A DNA stretch of 18,919 bases from Candidatus Hydrogenedentota bacterium (GCA_046583315.1 JAYGCN010000276.1:1-18919); one strand, 5' to 3'; shown: positions 1-8,685, numbered from the stretch's first letter. Notes: generated by a model from the sequence alone, not told the origin. Program-made: numbers and translations.

Positions 1-37
1 TAAAAGTCCGATGCTCTACCAACTGAGCTACCCGTCC
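1..37 (-). tRNA. tRNA-Lys (anticodon UUU), 5' half; 3' half lies beyond the left edge
   Basis: Reverse complement of 1-37 is GGACGGG TA GCTC AGTTGGTA GAGC A TCGGA CT TTT A: acceptor strand, T8A9, D-stem GCTC/GAGC with AGTTGGTA loop, anticodon stem and CT-TTT-A loop. Confidence 0.95.
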
Positions 38-102
38 ACACGAAGAAGTGGGTGTATCGCAAAGAGAGGGCGAACCCGAATGAGCCCGCCGACAGCCTGA
101 GG

Positions 103-132
103 AGTATAGTGAATGGGGGGGAGGAAAGTCAA
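103..132 (-). promoter_or_regulatory. sigma70-type promoter of tRNA-Lys
   Basis: Minus strand TTGACT (132-127), 18 nt spacer, TATACT (108-103), about 65 nt upstream of the tRNA 5' end. Confidence 0.75.
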
Positions 133-182
133 CTTTCAGCCTCAAACGGAGTATTCACGCACCCTGATTCAGAACAAAGGAA

Positions 183-329
183 TCAGCCGTTTCGACGCTG
201 GGAATCATAGATTTTGAGCAGATTCATGTGAACTTCAAAGGCGACTTCCGGGCGCTTCTCCATCGAGAAAAATCCGAAATCCGTTGCTGCGGCCTTCGCT
301 TCCCTCTTGGCCTATAAGCTGCCGACGTT
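183..329 (-). pseudogene. Duplicated, partly decayed 3' fragment of the NUDIX gene (direct repeat of 3513-3659)
   Basis: 196-282 matches 3526-3612 with 6 mismatches in 87 nt and no gaps; weaker similarity extends to about 329. Translates to ...EAKAAATDFGFFSMEKRPEVAFEVHMNLLKIYDSQRRNG* versus ...EAKTDAMDLGFFSLEKRPEVAFEVHMNLLEIYDAQRQAT*. Stop codon at the equivalent position (183-185 vs 3513-3515); in-frame TAG upstream at 312-314. Confidence 0.9.
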
Positions 330-516
330 GTCGATGCGAGAATGGCCTTTTTCGCGATTAAACCTGCACGGGGAGATTTAAATAGTAATTTGATTGAACG
401 TGTACGTTTTCCGAAAAATTGTGTGGCGATAGCTAAAGTTCGTGCTTTCGATATGTACGCAAATTGCAATCTCTGCTTTCGTGATGATAACGTCCATACA
501 GGAGGGTGCGGACACG

Positions 517-1728
517 ATGGCAAGGGATTCAGATCAAGATCCGAAACTTCAAAATCTCATCAACGATGACATTGAGCTCAGCATCATTATGCCATGTCTT
601 AACGAAGCAGAGACTTTGGAAACGTGCATACTCAAGGCCCAAAACTTTCTCCGCAAATACGAGGTTTCGGGAGAAATTATCATAGGGGACAACGGTTCTA
701 CTGATGGATCTCAGGCCATAGCCGAGCGTTGCGGCGCCAGAGTGGTTGACGTGCCAACACGTGGCTACGGTGCTGCTCTCTATTATGCCACACGAACCGC
801 TCGCGGAAGATACGGCATCATGGCCGATTCGGATGACAGCTATGACTTCAGTAACTTGATGCCCTTCGTAGAAAAGTTGCGAGAAGGATACGATCTGGTT
901 ATGGGAAATCGCTTCGCTGGAGGCATTGCTCCTGGTGCTATGCCCTGGAAGAATCGTTACATTGGAAACCCAATACTGAGCGGACTCGGGCGACTGTTTT
1001 TCCGTGCACCAGTGCGTGACTTTCATTGCGGCCTGCGCGGGTTTACGTTGGTCGCCTTCAACGAGATGAACCTGGCGACGCGAGGTATGGAATACGCGTC
1101 TGAAATGGTCGTCAAAGCCGTGCTCAAGGACATGAAGGTCACAGAAGTACCCACAACATTGAGTCCCGATGGACGAACACGTCCACCGCATCTCTCACCT
1201 TGGCGTGATGGTTGGCGCCATCTACGTTTCCTTTTACTGTTTAGCCCGCGGTGGCTTTTCCTATATCCCGGTCTCTTGCTCACACTATTCTGTCTCGTAT
1301 TGGGCGGGTGGATCTGGATTGAGCCGCGCGAGTTGGGACCGTTTACGCTTGACATACATACGCTATTGTATGCGGCCATAGGCGTAGTTATTGGCTTTCA
1401 GGCAATATCCTTTTATCTATTGTCCCGTATCTTTGCATCGCGTCAGGGGTTGCTGCCACCTTCCAAAGGGTTCGAGCACACCCTGGTGAACGTTGGGTTG
1501 GAGTGGACCGTTGTCGCTGGTTTCCTCGTGGCTCTTGCTGGTATGGGAGGCCTCCTCTATGCCATTGCGGAGTGGCGCTCGGTAGGGTTTGGCGGACTCA
1601 ATCCCAGTGATACGATGCGAGTCGTTATTCCCGCTGGCTTGGCAACAATTCTAGGACTCAATCTGGTATTGAACGGCCTTTTCATGGGAATGCTGAAACT
1701 TCCACTTCGCATGAGCGAACACGATTAA
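517..1728 (+). CDS. Glycosyltransferase family 2, DPM1/GtrB-like polyprenol-phosphate sugar synthase with C-terminal transmembrane helices
   Basis: Motifs LSIIMPCLNE, IIIGDNGSTDGS, GYGAA, DxD-like ADSDDSYD, DLVMGNRF, DFHCGLRGF; about 4 hydrophobic C-terminal segments. ATG at 517 preceded by GGAGGG (501-506). Confidence 0.9.
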   Translation: MARDSDQDPKLQNLINDDIELSIIMPCLNEAETLETCILKAQNFLRKYEVSGEIIIGDNGSTDGSQAIAERCGARVVDVPTRGYGAALYYATRTARGRYGIMADSDDSYDFSNLMPFVEKLREGYDLVMGNRFAGGIAPGAMPWKNRYIGNPILSGLGRLFFRAPVRDFHCGLRGFTLVAFNEMNLATRGMEYASEMVVKAVLKDMKVTEVPTTLSPDGRTRPPHLSPWRDGWRHLRFLLLFSPRWLFLYPGLLLTLFCLVLGGWIWIEPRELGPFTLDIHTLLYAAIGVVIGFQAISFYLLSRIFASRQGLLPPSKGFEHTLVNVGLEWTVVAGFLVALAGMGGLLYAIAEWRSVGFGGLNPSDTMRVVIPAGLATILGLNLVLNGLFMGMLKLPLRMSEHD

Positions 1729-1755
1729 AATCCAATAGGGAGCGCATTCAGGTCA

Positions 1756-3507
1756 ATGCACGATAAGCAGGGAGAATCCCAGAATATTTCGAAATGGCGC
1801 GGCGTGGCGCAATCGCTATTTCGATCCGAGAAGTCGATGCCGGACATGCTCGAATTCGTCGCTGCGATAATCATGCTGGTTTCGGTAAAAACATTTCTGA
1901 TAAAGGATCTGTTGCTTACCGTTAATGGGACAGCGGAGCTCGACGATAAACTTTATATAGACCAGGCGAACTCGCTAATACACGGCTCGTGGCTCGGACC
2001 CTATTGGCACCACACGCTCGTAAAATCCCCATTCTATTCCATGTGGATTGCGGCTTCTTGGCAGGCCCGAGTCCCGCTCTGGCTCAGCCAACATCTGCTA
2101 CACCTGTTCGCGTGTGCCATCATGCTACTGGCTATCCGGCCTTGGGTAAAGTCTGCGTGGATACGCGTACTCCTTTTTGCAGTGCTGCTCTTTGATCCGC
2201 GAACGTTTGGCGATCAGGCAATGCGCATTGTAAGAGAGGGAGTATACTGCTCGCTTTCCTTGCTCGTTATCGCATGTCTCCTCGGATTGTTATCCACCAG
2301 CGACAAGAGAAGTAAATACTGGCCTCTCTGGCCTCTGGGTCTTGGGCTATCGTCCGGTGCAATGTGGCTCACGCGGGAGGAGGGGATATGGCTTCTTCCA
2401 TCCATACTGCTCGTATTGGGCTATTGGGCAGCAAGCGAATGGAATAGGGGTACTTTTCAATTGCCCCGATTCATGGTGACCATTGTCTTGTCACTTGGGA
2501 TTCTACTTGGGTCCATATCACTTGTTTCCGGCTTAAATTACAAGTACTACGGTGTCTATTGTGTCGTCGAAGTGAAGGCTTCGCCCTATAAAGAGGCCTA
2601 CGGCGCACTCACCCGCGTAAGCCATTCCAACTTTCAACGATTCAACAGCGTCCCCAAGGAAACACGTGAACGAATCTATAAAGTAAGCCCTCTCTTCCTG
2701 GAGCTCCGTCCATATTTGGAAGGGTATCCAGGAACAGACTGGGGGACGGCTGGAGCATTTCTCGTCGATCCGCCGGACCGCAAAGAAATTGCAGGCAGCT
2801 GGTTTATCTGGGCGTTACGAGATGCCGTCTATCTGGCGGGGTATCACCGTACGGCCCCGGAAGCGGCCGAGTACTACCGCGCCCTTGCCACAGAGGTCAA
2901 TGACGCCTGCGACGATGGCCGATTAGAAGCTGGCCCGGAACGGGTCTCCAATGTACTTCCCTGGCGGTGGGACTACCTATCGCCCATCGCAGAAAACCTT
3001 ATTCAGGGAGGTAAATCATTGGTTACTCTGAGTCGCATCTCATCTACCAATGGGGTCAGTTTCGGAACCGATTCAGACATTGAATTATTTGAGTCGATCA
3101 CACGCTGGCGGGCCGCCCCACGCTACGCAGTGGTCTTGGAACAAAAATATAATCCCAATCCCAACACAATGCAATTGGGTGTTCTCAATACGGTTACTAG
3201 CGGCTATCGATTTATCACACCCTTTGCCTTTGTCCTTGGCATCTCTTTGTGGATACTTGGGGCATTCGTCGAGCTTAGAAAACTTCGACTTTCTCCGATA
3301 TTTATATTTAACACCGCGTTGATCGGCGCGGTGCTGTCACGGCTTCTTATCCTGGCGTACCTGGCGACCACGTCATTCTGGGCAACGAACGAACTCTACA
3401 TGGCACCCCTATATTCTTTTGTATACATCATTCCCATTACAACGATGCTAGGTATCGTCCTCACTTTTAGTAAGAGCGATAAAGACGTTGAAAAAAAGGA
3501 AGAGTAG
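1756..3507 (+). CDS. Polytopic membrane protein, putative GT-C fold glycosyltransferase
   Basis: Many hydrophobic helices, acidic DD pair after the first helix (ELDDKLY), TREEG motif, large soluble loop between helix bundles; 27 nt downstream of a DPM-like GT2. Start could be later (for example MPDMLEF). Confidence 0.6.
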   Translation: MHDKQGESQNISKWRGVAQSLFRSEKSMPDMLEFVAAIIMLVSVKTFLIKDLLLTVNGTAELDDKLYIDQANSLIHGSWLGPYWHHTLVKSPFYSMWIAASWQARVPLWLSQHLLHLFACAIMLLAIRPWVKSAWIRVLLFAVLLFDPRTFGDQAMRIVREGVYCSLSLLVIACLLGLLSTSDKRSKYWPLWPLGLGLSSGAMWLTREEGIWLLPSILLVLGYWAASEWNRGTFQLPRFMVTIVLSLGILLGSISLVSGLNYKYYGVYCVVEVKASPYKEAYGALTRVSHSNFQRFNSVPKETRERIYKVSPLFLELRPYLEGYPGTDWGTAGAFLVDPPDRKEIAGSWFIWALRDAVYLAGYHRTAPEAAEYYRALATEVNDACDDGRLEAGPERVSNVLPWRWDYLSPIAENLIQGGKSLVTLSRISSTNGVSFGTDSDIELFESITRWRAAPRYAVVLEQKYNPNPNTMQLGVLNTVTSGYRFITPFAFVLGISLWILGAFVELRKLRLSPIFIFNTALIGAVLSRLLILAYLATTSFWATNELYMAPLYSFVYIIPITTMLGIVLTFSKSDKDVEKKEE

Positions 3508-3512
3508 AGCGG

Positions 3513-3659
3513 TCAAGTTGCCTGTCGCTGGGCATCGTAGATTTCGAGCAGATTCATGTGGACTTCAAAGGCGACTTCCGGGCGCTTCTCCAGCGAGAAA
3601 AATCCGAGATCCATCGCATCCGTTTTCGCTTCCATCTCCCCTTCCCAGCTATCCACGGT
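3513..3659 (-). repeat. Second copy of the direct repeat (intact NUDIX 3' end)
   Basis: Aligns to 183-329 at a constant offset of 3330 nt. Confidence 0.9.
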
Positions 3660-4097
3660 ATAGGCGAGCACGATGACGCCGCCGGTGGTCTTGCCCGGCA
3701 GTGAACTTGCCCCGAGCAGCGTGACCCCACTTCCAATCAGACCCGTCTCTTCCTCAAGTTCACGCAACGCGGCTTCTTCGGTCGTTTCACCCGATTCAAC
3801 AAATCCACCCGGAAGCGTCCACAAGCCTTTGCGCGGCTCTACGGAACGTTGGACCATGAGCAGCTCGCCATCGGCGTTCGTCAAAAAGCAGCACGCCGCC
3901 GGCACGGGATTGTAGTAATAAAACTTGTTACAATCCGGGCAATGCGGACGCATATCCTGCCCGTCGTGCGCTTCGATAAGTTTTAGCGCGCAAATAGGAC
4001 AAAAATTCCAGACCAGCGGGGTCCACTGAAACGTTCCCGCGCCTGTAGCATCTTTTTGCGATTCAGGATTCTTCGATTTGCTCGGCTCGTCCGTCAT
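3513..4097 (-). CDS. NUDIX hydrolase with N-terminal zinc ribbon
   Basis: CPIC...CPDC zinc ribbon, YYNPVPAA, Nudix box GGFVESGETTEEAALRELEEETG; AGGA upstream of the ATG. Confidence 0.92.
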   Translation of the reverse strand: MTDEPSKSKNPESQKDATGAGTFQWTPLVWNFCPICALKLIEAHDGQDMRPHCPDCNKFYYYNPVPAACCFLTNADGELLMVQRSVEPRKGLWTLPGGFVESGETTEEAALRELEEETGLIGSGVTLLGASSLPGKTTGGVIVLAYTVDSWEGEMEAKTDAMDLGFFSLEKRPEVAFEVHMNLLEIYDAQRQAT

Positions 4098-4102
4098 ACA
4101 CT

Positions 4103-4314
4103 CTATCCTAATCCGTAATGGCTGTTTTCTTTCAGGAATCTGCTCACGTTATGTATTGGAAATTTGCCCACTTCGTAGGACATGTACGAAACATGTCCAT
4201 CCAAGACAAAAACATTGCTGCCACCGGGAAAATGATTGAATACGCCGCAAGAATGCCAATGATCGCGATTACGACCAAAAGCTCAATGAGTGTGAATCCA
4301 GATTTCTTGTTCAT
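4103..4314 (-). pseudogene. Internally deleted prepilin-type N-terminal cleavage/methylation (DUF1559-like) gene: N-terminus joined out of frame to the C-terminal H-X9-DG-type motif
   Basis: ATG at 4314 gives MNKKSGFTLIELLVVIAIIGILAA. From about 4243 another frame reads VFNHFPGGSNVFVLDGHVSYMSYEVGKFPIHNVSRFLKENSHYGLG* (TAG at 4105-4103, 5 nt before the NUDIX ATG). Confidence 0.85.
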
Positions 4315-4499
4315 AATGGTTTCCCGATAGAATCTCTCGGCTCGGGTAATCAAAAAGATCCCGATTGGTAACGAAAAAAAGTGTACCATAGGCTGTGCAA
4401 ACGTTCAATTTATGTACAGTTCGAAGCTCGAAATACAATAATTGGTTTAACCGATTTGGTCACCACTTTGCTGAGTCCTCCAACCAACAGGAAATTTCA

Positions 4500-5303
4500 A
4501 TGTCAAATCTGAACGGAAAAGTCATCGTCATTACCGGAGCAAGCGAGGGAATCGGCCGAGCACTCGCACTGGAGTTGGCACCCCTGGGAGCCAAACTCGT
4601 TCTTGCAGCACGGAGTCGCGAACGACTCGATGAATTGGCATTACGGTGTCAGGAAATCGGCTCAGAAGCGCACGTAATACCAACGGACGTAACCGATGTC
4701 GATCAGTGCGCCGCCTTGGTCGACGGCACGATCGCAAAATTCGATTCTCTAGACGTGCTCGTGAACAATGTTGGAGGGACCATGTGGTCGCTTTTTGAAG
4801 AAGTCGAGTCTCCGGAAATTTTCGAGGACCTCATGCGCCTCAACTATCTCAGCGGAGTTTGGTGTACCTATTACGCCCTGGATTACCTGCGCCAATCCAA
4901 AGGGTTGATTGTCGGCATTTCCAGCGTTGCCGGCATGCTCGGTGTGCCCACGCGCACAGGTTATGCTGCTACAAAACATGCGCAATTCGGATTTTTCGAT
5001 TCACTACGCATCGAGTTGGACGGCACCGGCGTGGACGTGATGATGGTCGCGCCGGATTTCGTCAAGACCCAGATTCATCGTCGTGCATTGAAAGGGGACG
5101 GGACACCCCTGGGAGAAACCCCATTGGACGAGAAACAAATCATGTCCCCGGAACAGTGCGCGGAACTGATCGTTGCGGGCATGGAAAAACGAAAACGCTT
5201 GGTCATCGGCTCCGCGAGAGGACAATTCGGGCGCTGGATTCGTTTAATCGCACCCAAGTGGATGGACAATGTGGCGAAAAAGGCGATTGCGTCGGGGCAT
5301 TGA
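4500..5303 (+). CDS. SDR family NAD(P)-dependent oxidoreductase
   Basis: TGASEGIG Rossmann motif, DVLVNNVG, catalytic Ser (ISS) and YAATK; ATG at 4500 with AGGA upstream. Confidence 0.93.
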   Translation: MSNLNGKVIVITGASEGIGRALALELAPLGAKLVLAARSRERLDELALRCQEIGSEAHVIPTDVTDVDQCAALVDGTIAKFDSLDVLVNNVGGTMWSLFEEVESPEIFEDLMRLNYLSGVWCTYYALDYLRQSKGLIVGISSVAGMLGVPTRTGYAATKHAQFGFFDSLRIELDGTGVDVMMVAPDFVKTQIHRRALKGDGTPLGETPLDEKQIMSPEQCAELIVAGMEKRKRLVIGSARGQFGRWIRLIAPKWMDNVAKKAIASGH

Positions 5304-5351
5304 CCTTGTGTATTGTGTTGATTTTTTAGAGAAAAGTACAAAGGTAGGTAA

Positions 5352-6191
5352 ATGAAAATATTAGTAATTGGTTTAGGGCAACTGGGCAAAGATCTTCTGT
5401 TGGTTCTGGGGGATACGCACGAGGTTGCCGGCGTGGATATCCCGGATATCGATATCACCTCGCGCGAATCCATCGAATCCGTCTGCGACCTACAGGGACC
5501 CGAGCTCATTATCAACGCGGCTGCCTACACCGACGTGGAAGGTGCCGAGACCGATAGTGAGATGGCCTACGCAGTAAACGATCAGGGTGCGCAGTTGATT
5601 GGCGAAGTCAGTGCCGAACGAAGCATACCTGTCGTCCATTACAGCACAGACTTCGTGTTTGACGGGAAAAGCGACCTGCCCTATTCCACCGACGCGCCGA
5701 CCAATCCTCTAAGCGTGTACGGTGCCTCGAAATTGGCCGGTGAGCATTCCTTGGCGAAAGCCAATCCGAATCACTTCATCATGCGGACCGCGTGGCTATA
5801 CGGTCCCGGAGGTAACAACTTCATCGAAAAAATTATCGGCTGGACCCGGAAAAATGACGTGGTTCGCGTCGTTACCGATGAAGTGGGTTCGCCTACCCAT
5901 ACATGGGATCTGGCATGGGCCACGTCAAAACTAATCGAGACCGACCGCTATGGTCTGTATCACGTTGTGAACCAGGGCTCCTGCTCGCGCTTCGAACTCG
6001 CAACCGCCATCGTAGAGACCTTGGGAATCGATGTGACGCTTGAGCCGTGTTTGTCCGCCGAATTTCCAACCGTCGCCGAACGGCCCATGTATTCCGTTTT
6101 GGATTCTACGAAGCTACAGGAGGTGATCGGAGAAACGATGGCTCCCTGGCAGGCGACACTGGCGCGTTATCTTCAGCGTCGGGAAAACTAG
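5352..6191 (+). CDS. rfbD: dTDP-4-dehydrorhamnose reductase
   Basis: GLGQLG, IINAAAYTDV, YSTDFVFDG, YGASKLAGE, RTAWLYG, DEVGSPT, AERPMYSVL. Confidence 0.93.
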   Translation: MKILVIGLGQLGKDLLLVLGDTHEVAGVDIPDIDITSRESIESVCDLQGPELIINAAAYTDVEGAETDSEMAYAVNDQGAQLIGEVSAERSIPVVHYSTDFVFDGKSDLPYSTDAPTNPLSVYGASKLAGEHSLAKANPNHFIMRTAWLYGPGGNNFIEKIIGWTRKNDVVRVVTDEVGSPTHTWDLAWATSKLIETDRYGLYHVVNQGSCSRFELATAIVETLGIDVTLEPCLSAEFPTVAERPMYSVLDSTKLQEVIGETMAPWQATLARYLQRREN

Positions 6192-6192
6192 A

Positions 6193-6975
6193 CTAGGTTT
6201 TGTTCCGGTTCAGAAATTTCTGCGTGTAAATGTGCGGCTCATCGGTCGTATACGCATCCGAAAAGGCATCAATTCCCGCCTGAATCGCGTCGTCCGGCGT
6301 GAGCGATTCCCATTTCAGCATGAGACGTTTCTGTGATCGAATCGCGAACGGGCCTGCATTCAAAATCGCGTCCGTCCACTCGGCAAGCGAGGCATCAAGT
6401 TGTTCTGGCGACACCATCGCTTCAATAAAATGCATATCGAGGGCCTCCTGCGCAGGAAAAATCTTTCCCGTCATCAATATCTCGTTCGTCTTTCCCCACC
6501 CGATCAGTCGCGGCAACAGCGCGGCTTCAATCACCGACGGAATCCCCACGGCCACTTCCGGCATGCCAAATTGCGCGGTGGTGGAGGCCATTCGCATGTC
6601 ACACGCCGCAGCAATCTCCATACCTGCGCCCAAACAATAACCGTTCACCCGCGCGAGTACCGGTACCGGACAATCACGAATCGATTGGCATACCGAATGC
6701 AGTCTGGATATAAACGATCGGGCCGTCTTCGGATCGAGATCGGTCATCGCATTTATGTCCGCACCGCCGATAAACGATTTCTTGCCCGCACCCGTGAGAA
6801 TCACGCAACGCAGGTCTTCCTCATCAGATACTTCCTTGAACGCATCAATTAGCTCAGCCATCAGCGCGCCATGCAGGATGTTCAGCTTCGCCGCGCGATC
6901 CACGGTGACTGTTGCGATGCGTCCTGCATCACCAAGTTCCACCCAGACCACTGAGACTGAATAGGGGTCACTCAT
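6193..6975 (-). CDS. Enoyl-CoA hydratase/isomerase (crotonase) family protein
   Basis: FIGGADI oxyanion motif, VNGYCLGAGMEIAAACDMR, FGMPEVAVGI; start overlaps the acyl-CoA ligase stop. Confidence 0.92.
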   Translation of the reverse strand: MSDPYSVSVVWVELGDAGRIATVTVDRAAKLNILHGALMAELIDAFKEVSDEEDLRCVILTGAGKKSFIGGADINAMTDLDPKTARSFISRLHSVCQSIRDCPVPVLARVNGYCLGAGMEIAAACDMRMASTTAQFGMPEVAVGIPSVIEAALLPRLIGWGKTNEILMTGKIFPAQEALDMHFIEAMVSPEQLDASLAEWTDAILNAGPFAIRSQKRLMLKWESLTPDDAIQAGIDAFSDAYTTDEPHIYTQKFLNRNKT

Positions 6976-8563
6976 CTATTTGCGATTCCCTTCCAATTGG
7001 TTTGTCCATGTCTTCACTGAGCAATGCTGCGCGCAGTTCACGACGCAATACCTTGCCAATGCCGCTCTTCGGTAGCGTATCACAAAAATGAATCGTGCCG
7101 GGTGCTTTGAACGGAGCGATTTGCGTCCCCATATACTCGATCAATTCCGATGCCGAGGCCTCACACTCAGGCTGAAGCACTACAAACGCCACCGGTTCCT
7201 CGCCGTAGATACCATGAGGCACACCGACCACCGCCGTATCGGCCACGGCCGGATGCCGATACAAGACATCTTCAAGTTCCGCAGGGTAAATATTTTCGCC
7301 ACCCTTAATCACCATGTCTTTCTCGCGATCAACGATATACAACCAGCCGTCTTCCGTAAGATACCCGATATCCCCCGTGTGGAGCCAGCCATCAACAATC
7401 GTTCGAGCCGTTGCATCCGAGTCTCTGTAATACCCCTTCATCGTCGTCGGACCCGAAGTCTGGATTTCACCGCGCTCACCTGCTTTCATCGGGTTACCCT
7501 TGGCATCTACAATGCGAACCGGCGTGTAGTGGTATGGACGACCCACGGATCCGGGATGGTAAGGCATCGAAGTGCGATCCGTTGATCCTTTGCCCGAATT
7601 CTCCGTCATGCCATAACGCTGGCGCACATGCGAACCCACGCGGTTCTTCCACTGTTCCGCCAGTTCTACCGCCATCGGCGCTCCCCCGACATCGACCTTG
7701 AACAGCGAACTCAGATCATAGTCGTCAAAATTTGGAAGATTCAGCAGCACCGACAACATGGTCGGCACCACAGAGAGATCCGTGCATCGATAACGCTGAA
7801 CAAGCTCAAGCGTACGTTCCGGATCGAACTTTCGCTCCTGAATAAGATAACCCGGACTGTATTCCGGCGGAATCATGAAATCAACCGTCATCAGGCTGAT
7901 ACCAAAAATGTGAGCCATCGGCAGCGGTGTAACAGAGCGCATGGGGTGCTCGCGCAGGTGCAATTCCGCCGCTTCCACCAAGGTCTCCGCCGAAGCCAGA
8001 AGATTACCGTGGGTGAGCATGACGCCTTTGGGTCTGCCCGTCGTGCCCGACGTATACAACATCAACGCGACATCTTCGCGCGAGCACGGCGTGAACGATT
8101 CCGCCGGATCACATTCAAGAATTTCATCCATACTGTATTCGCGCGGCGTGCGGGATTCATCCGTCGTGCCGCCACTGACAATGATCCATTCGAGATGCTT
8201 GGCTTCCTTGCATGCTTCACGCACCGCGTCAAGTTTCGCGCTATCCGTAATCATGCCGCGCGCCTGAGTGTGATGGATGATGTATTCAAGCTCAGGTACT
8301 GCGAGTTGTGGCATCACCGGGGTCAACGTTGCTCCCGCACGAAATCCGCCGAGAAAAACGGAATGTACCAGCGGATCGTTGAGCATGCAGACCAGCGCGA
8401 TGTCGTTGCTGCCGAGTCCCAGCATGTTGAACGCGGTCTGAAAACATTGACTGCGGTGCAGGATTTCCGTATTGGAATATTCGACATCTTCAAAGATGAG
8501 AGACGTGTGACTGCCCTTCGATGCAAGGGAGGATTCAGCCAGTGTAGTAAGATCGGTAATCAT
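6968..8563 (-). CDS. AMP-binding acyl-CoA synthetase (long-chain-fatty-acid--CoA ligase family)
   Basis: YTSGTTGRPKG, YGMTE, WLHTGDIG, GGENIYPAELE, LPKSGIGKVLR. Confidence 0.93.
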   Translation of the reverse strand: MITDLTTLAESSLASKGSHTSLIFEDVEYSNTEILHRSQCFQTAFNMLGLGSNDIALVCMLNDPLVHSVFLGGFRAGATLTPVMPQLAVPELEYIIHHTQARGMITDSAKLDAVREACKEAKHLEWIIVSGGTTDESRTPREYSMDEILECDPAESFTPCSREDVALMLYTSGTTGRPKGVMLTHGNLLASAETLVEAAELHLREHPMRSVTPLPMAHIFGISLMTVDFMIPPEYSPGYLIQERKFDPERTLELVQRYRCTDLSVVPTMLSVLLNLPNFDDYDLSSLFKVDVGGAPMAVELAEQWKNRVGSHVRQRYGMTENSGKGSTDRTSMPYHPGSVGRPYHYTPVRIVDAKGNPMKAGERGEIQTSGPTTMKGYYRDSDATARTIVDGWLHTGDIGYLTEDGWLYIVDREKDMVIKGGENIYPAELEDVLYRHPAVADTAVVGVPHGIYGEEPVAFVVLQPECEASASELIEYMGTQIAPFKAPGTIHFCDTLPKSGIGKVLRRELRAALLSEDMDKPIGRESQIDE

Positions 8564-8591
8564 AATATGACGGGAACAAAGTTCTCTAAAG

Positions 8592-8644
8592 TAAGAAAAC
8601 CCGTAACCTGAAGACGGATCAATACCGTCCAGATTACGGGCTTT
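8592..8644 (-). terminator. Intrinsic terminator downstream of the small lipoprotein gene
   Basis: Minus strand CCCGTAA-T-CTG-GACGG-(TATTGAT)-CCGTC-TT-CAG-G-TTACGGG followed by TTTTCTT. Confidence 0.7.
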
Positions 8645-8645
8645 A

Positions 8646-8678
8646 AAAATTCGCTATCCGAAACTACAGATAGCCGAA
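8646..8678 (-). terminator. Second, stop-proximal hairpin with T-run; possible tandem terminator
   Basis: Minus strand TTCG-GCTATC-(10 nt)-GATAGC-GAA followed by TTTTT. Confidence 0.45.
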
Positions 8679-8685
8679 AGACTAG

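Noticed and set aside
224..523. ORFs 224-523 and 3554-3736 sharing the peptide RISDFSRWRSARKSPLK or similar
   Set aside because: These are off-frame translations of the duplicated NUDIX 3' end, not a separate protein family.
1..3512. tRNA-targeted genomic island
   Set aside because: The cassette lies upstream of the tRNA 5' end, no tRNA fragment is duplicated in the window and no integrase is present; the duplicated sequence belongs to the NUDIX gene.
4144..4389. 81-aa ORF as an intact small pilin
   Set aside because: After ILAA the frame loses family resemblance while the conserved C-terminal motif appears in another frame; no slippery sequence is evident at the junction to support programmed frameshifting.
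7628..8611. 327-aa plus-strand ORF and other long antisense ORFs (for example 529-1191, 7088-7585, 17030-18894)
   Set aside because: They are shadows opposite well-supported genes and have no recognisable motifs.
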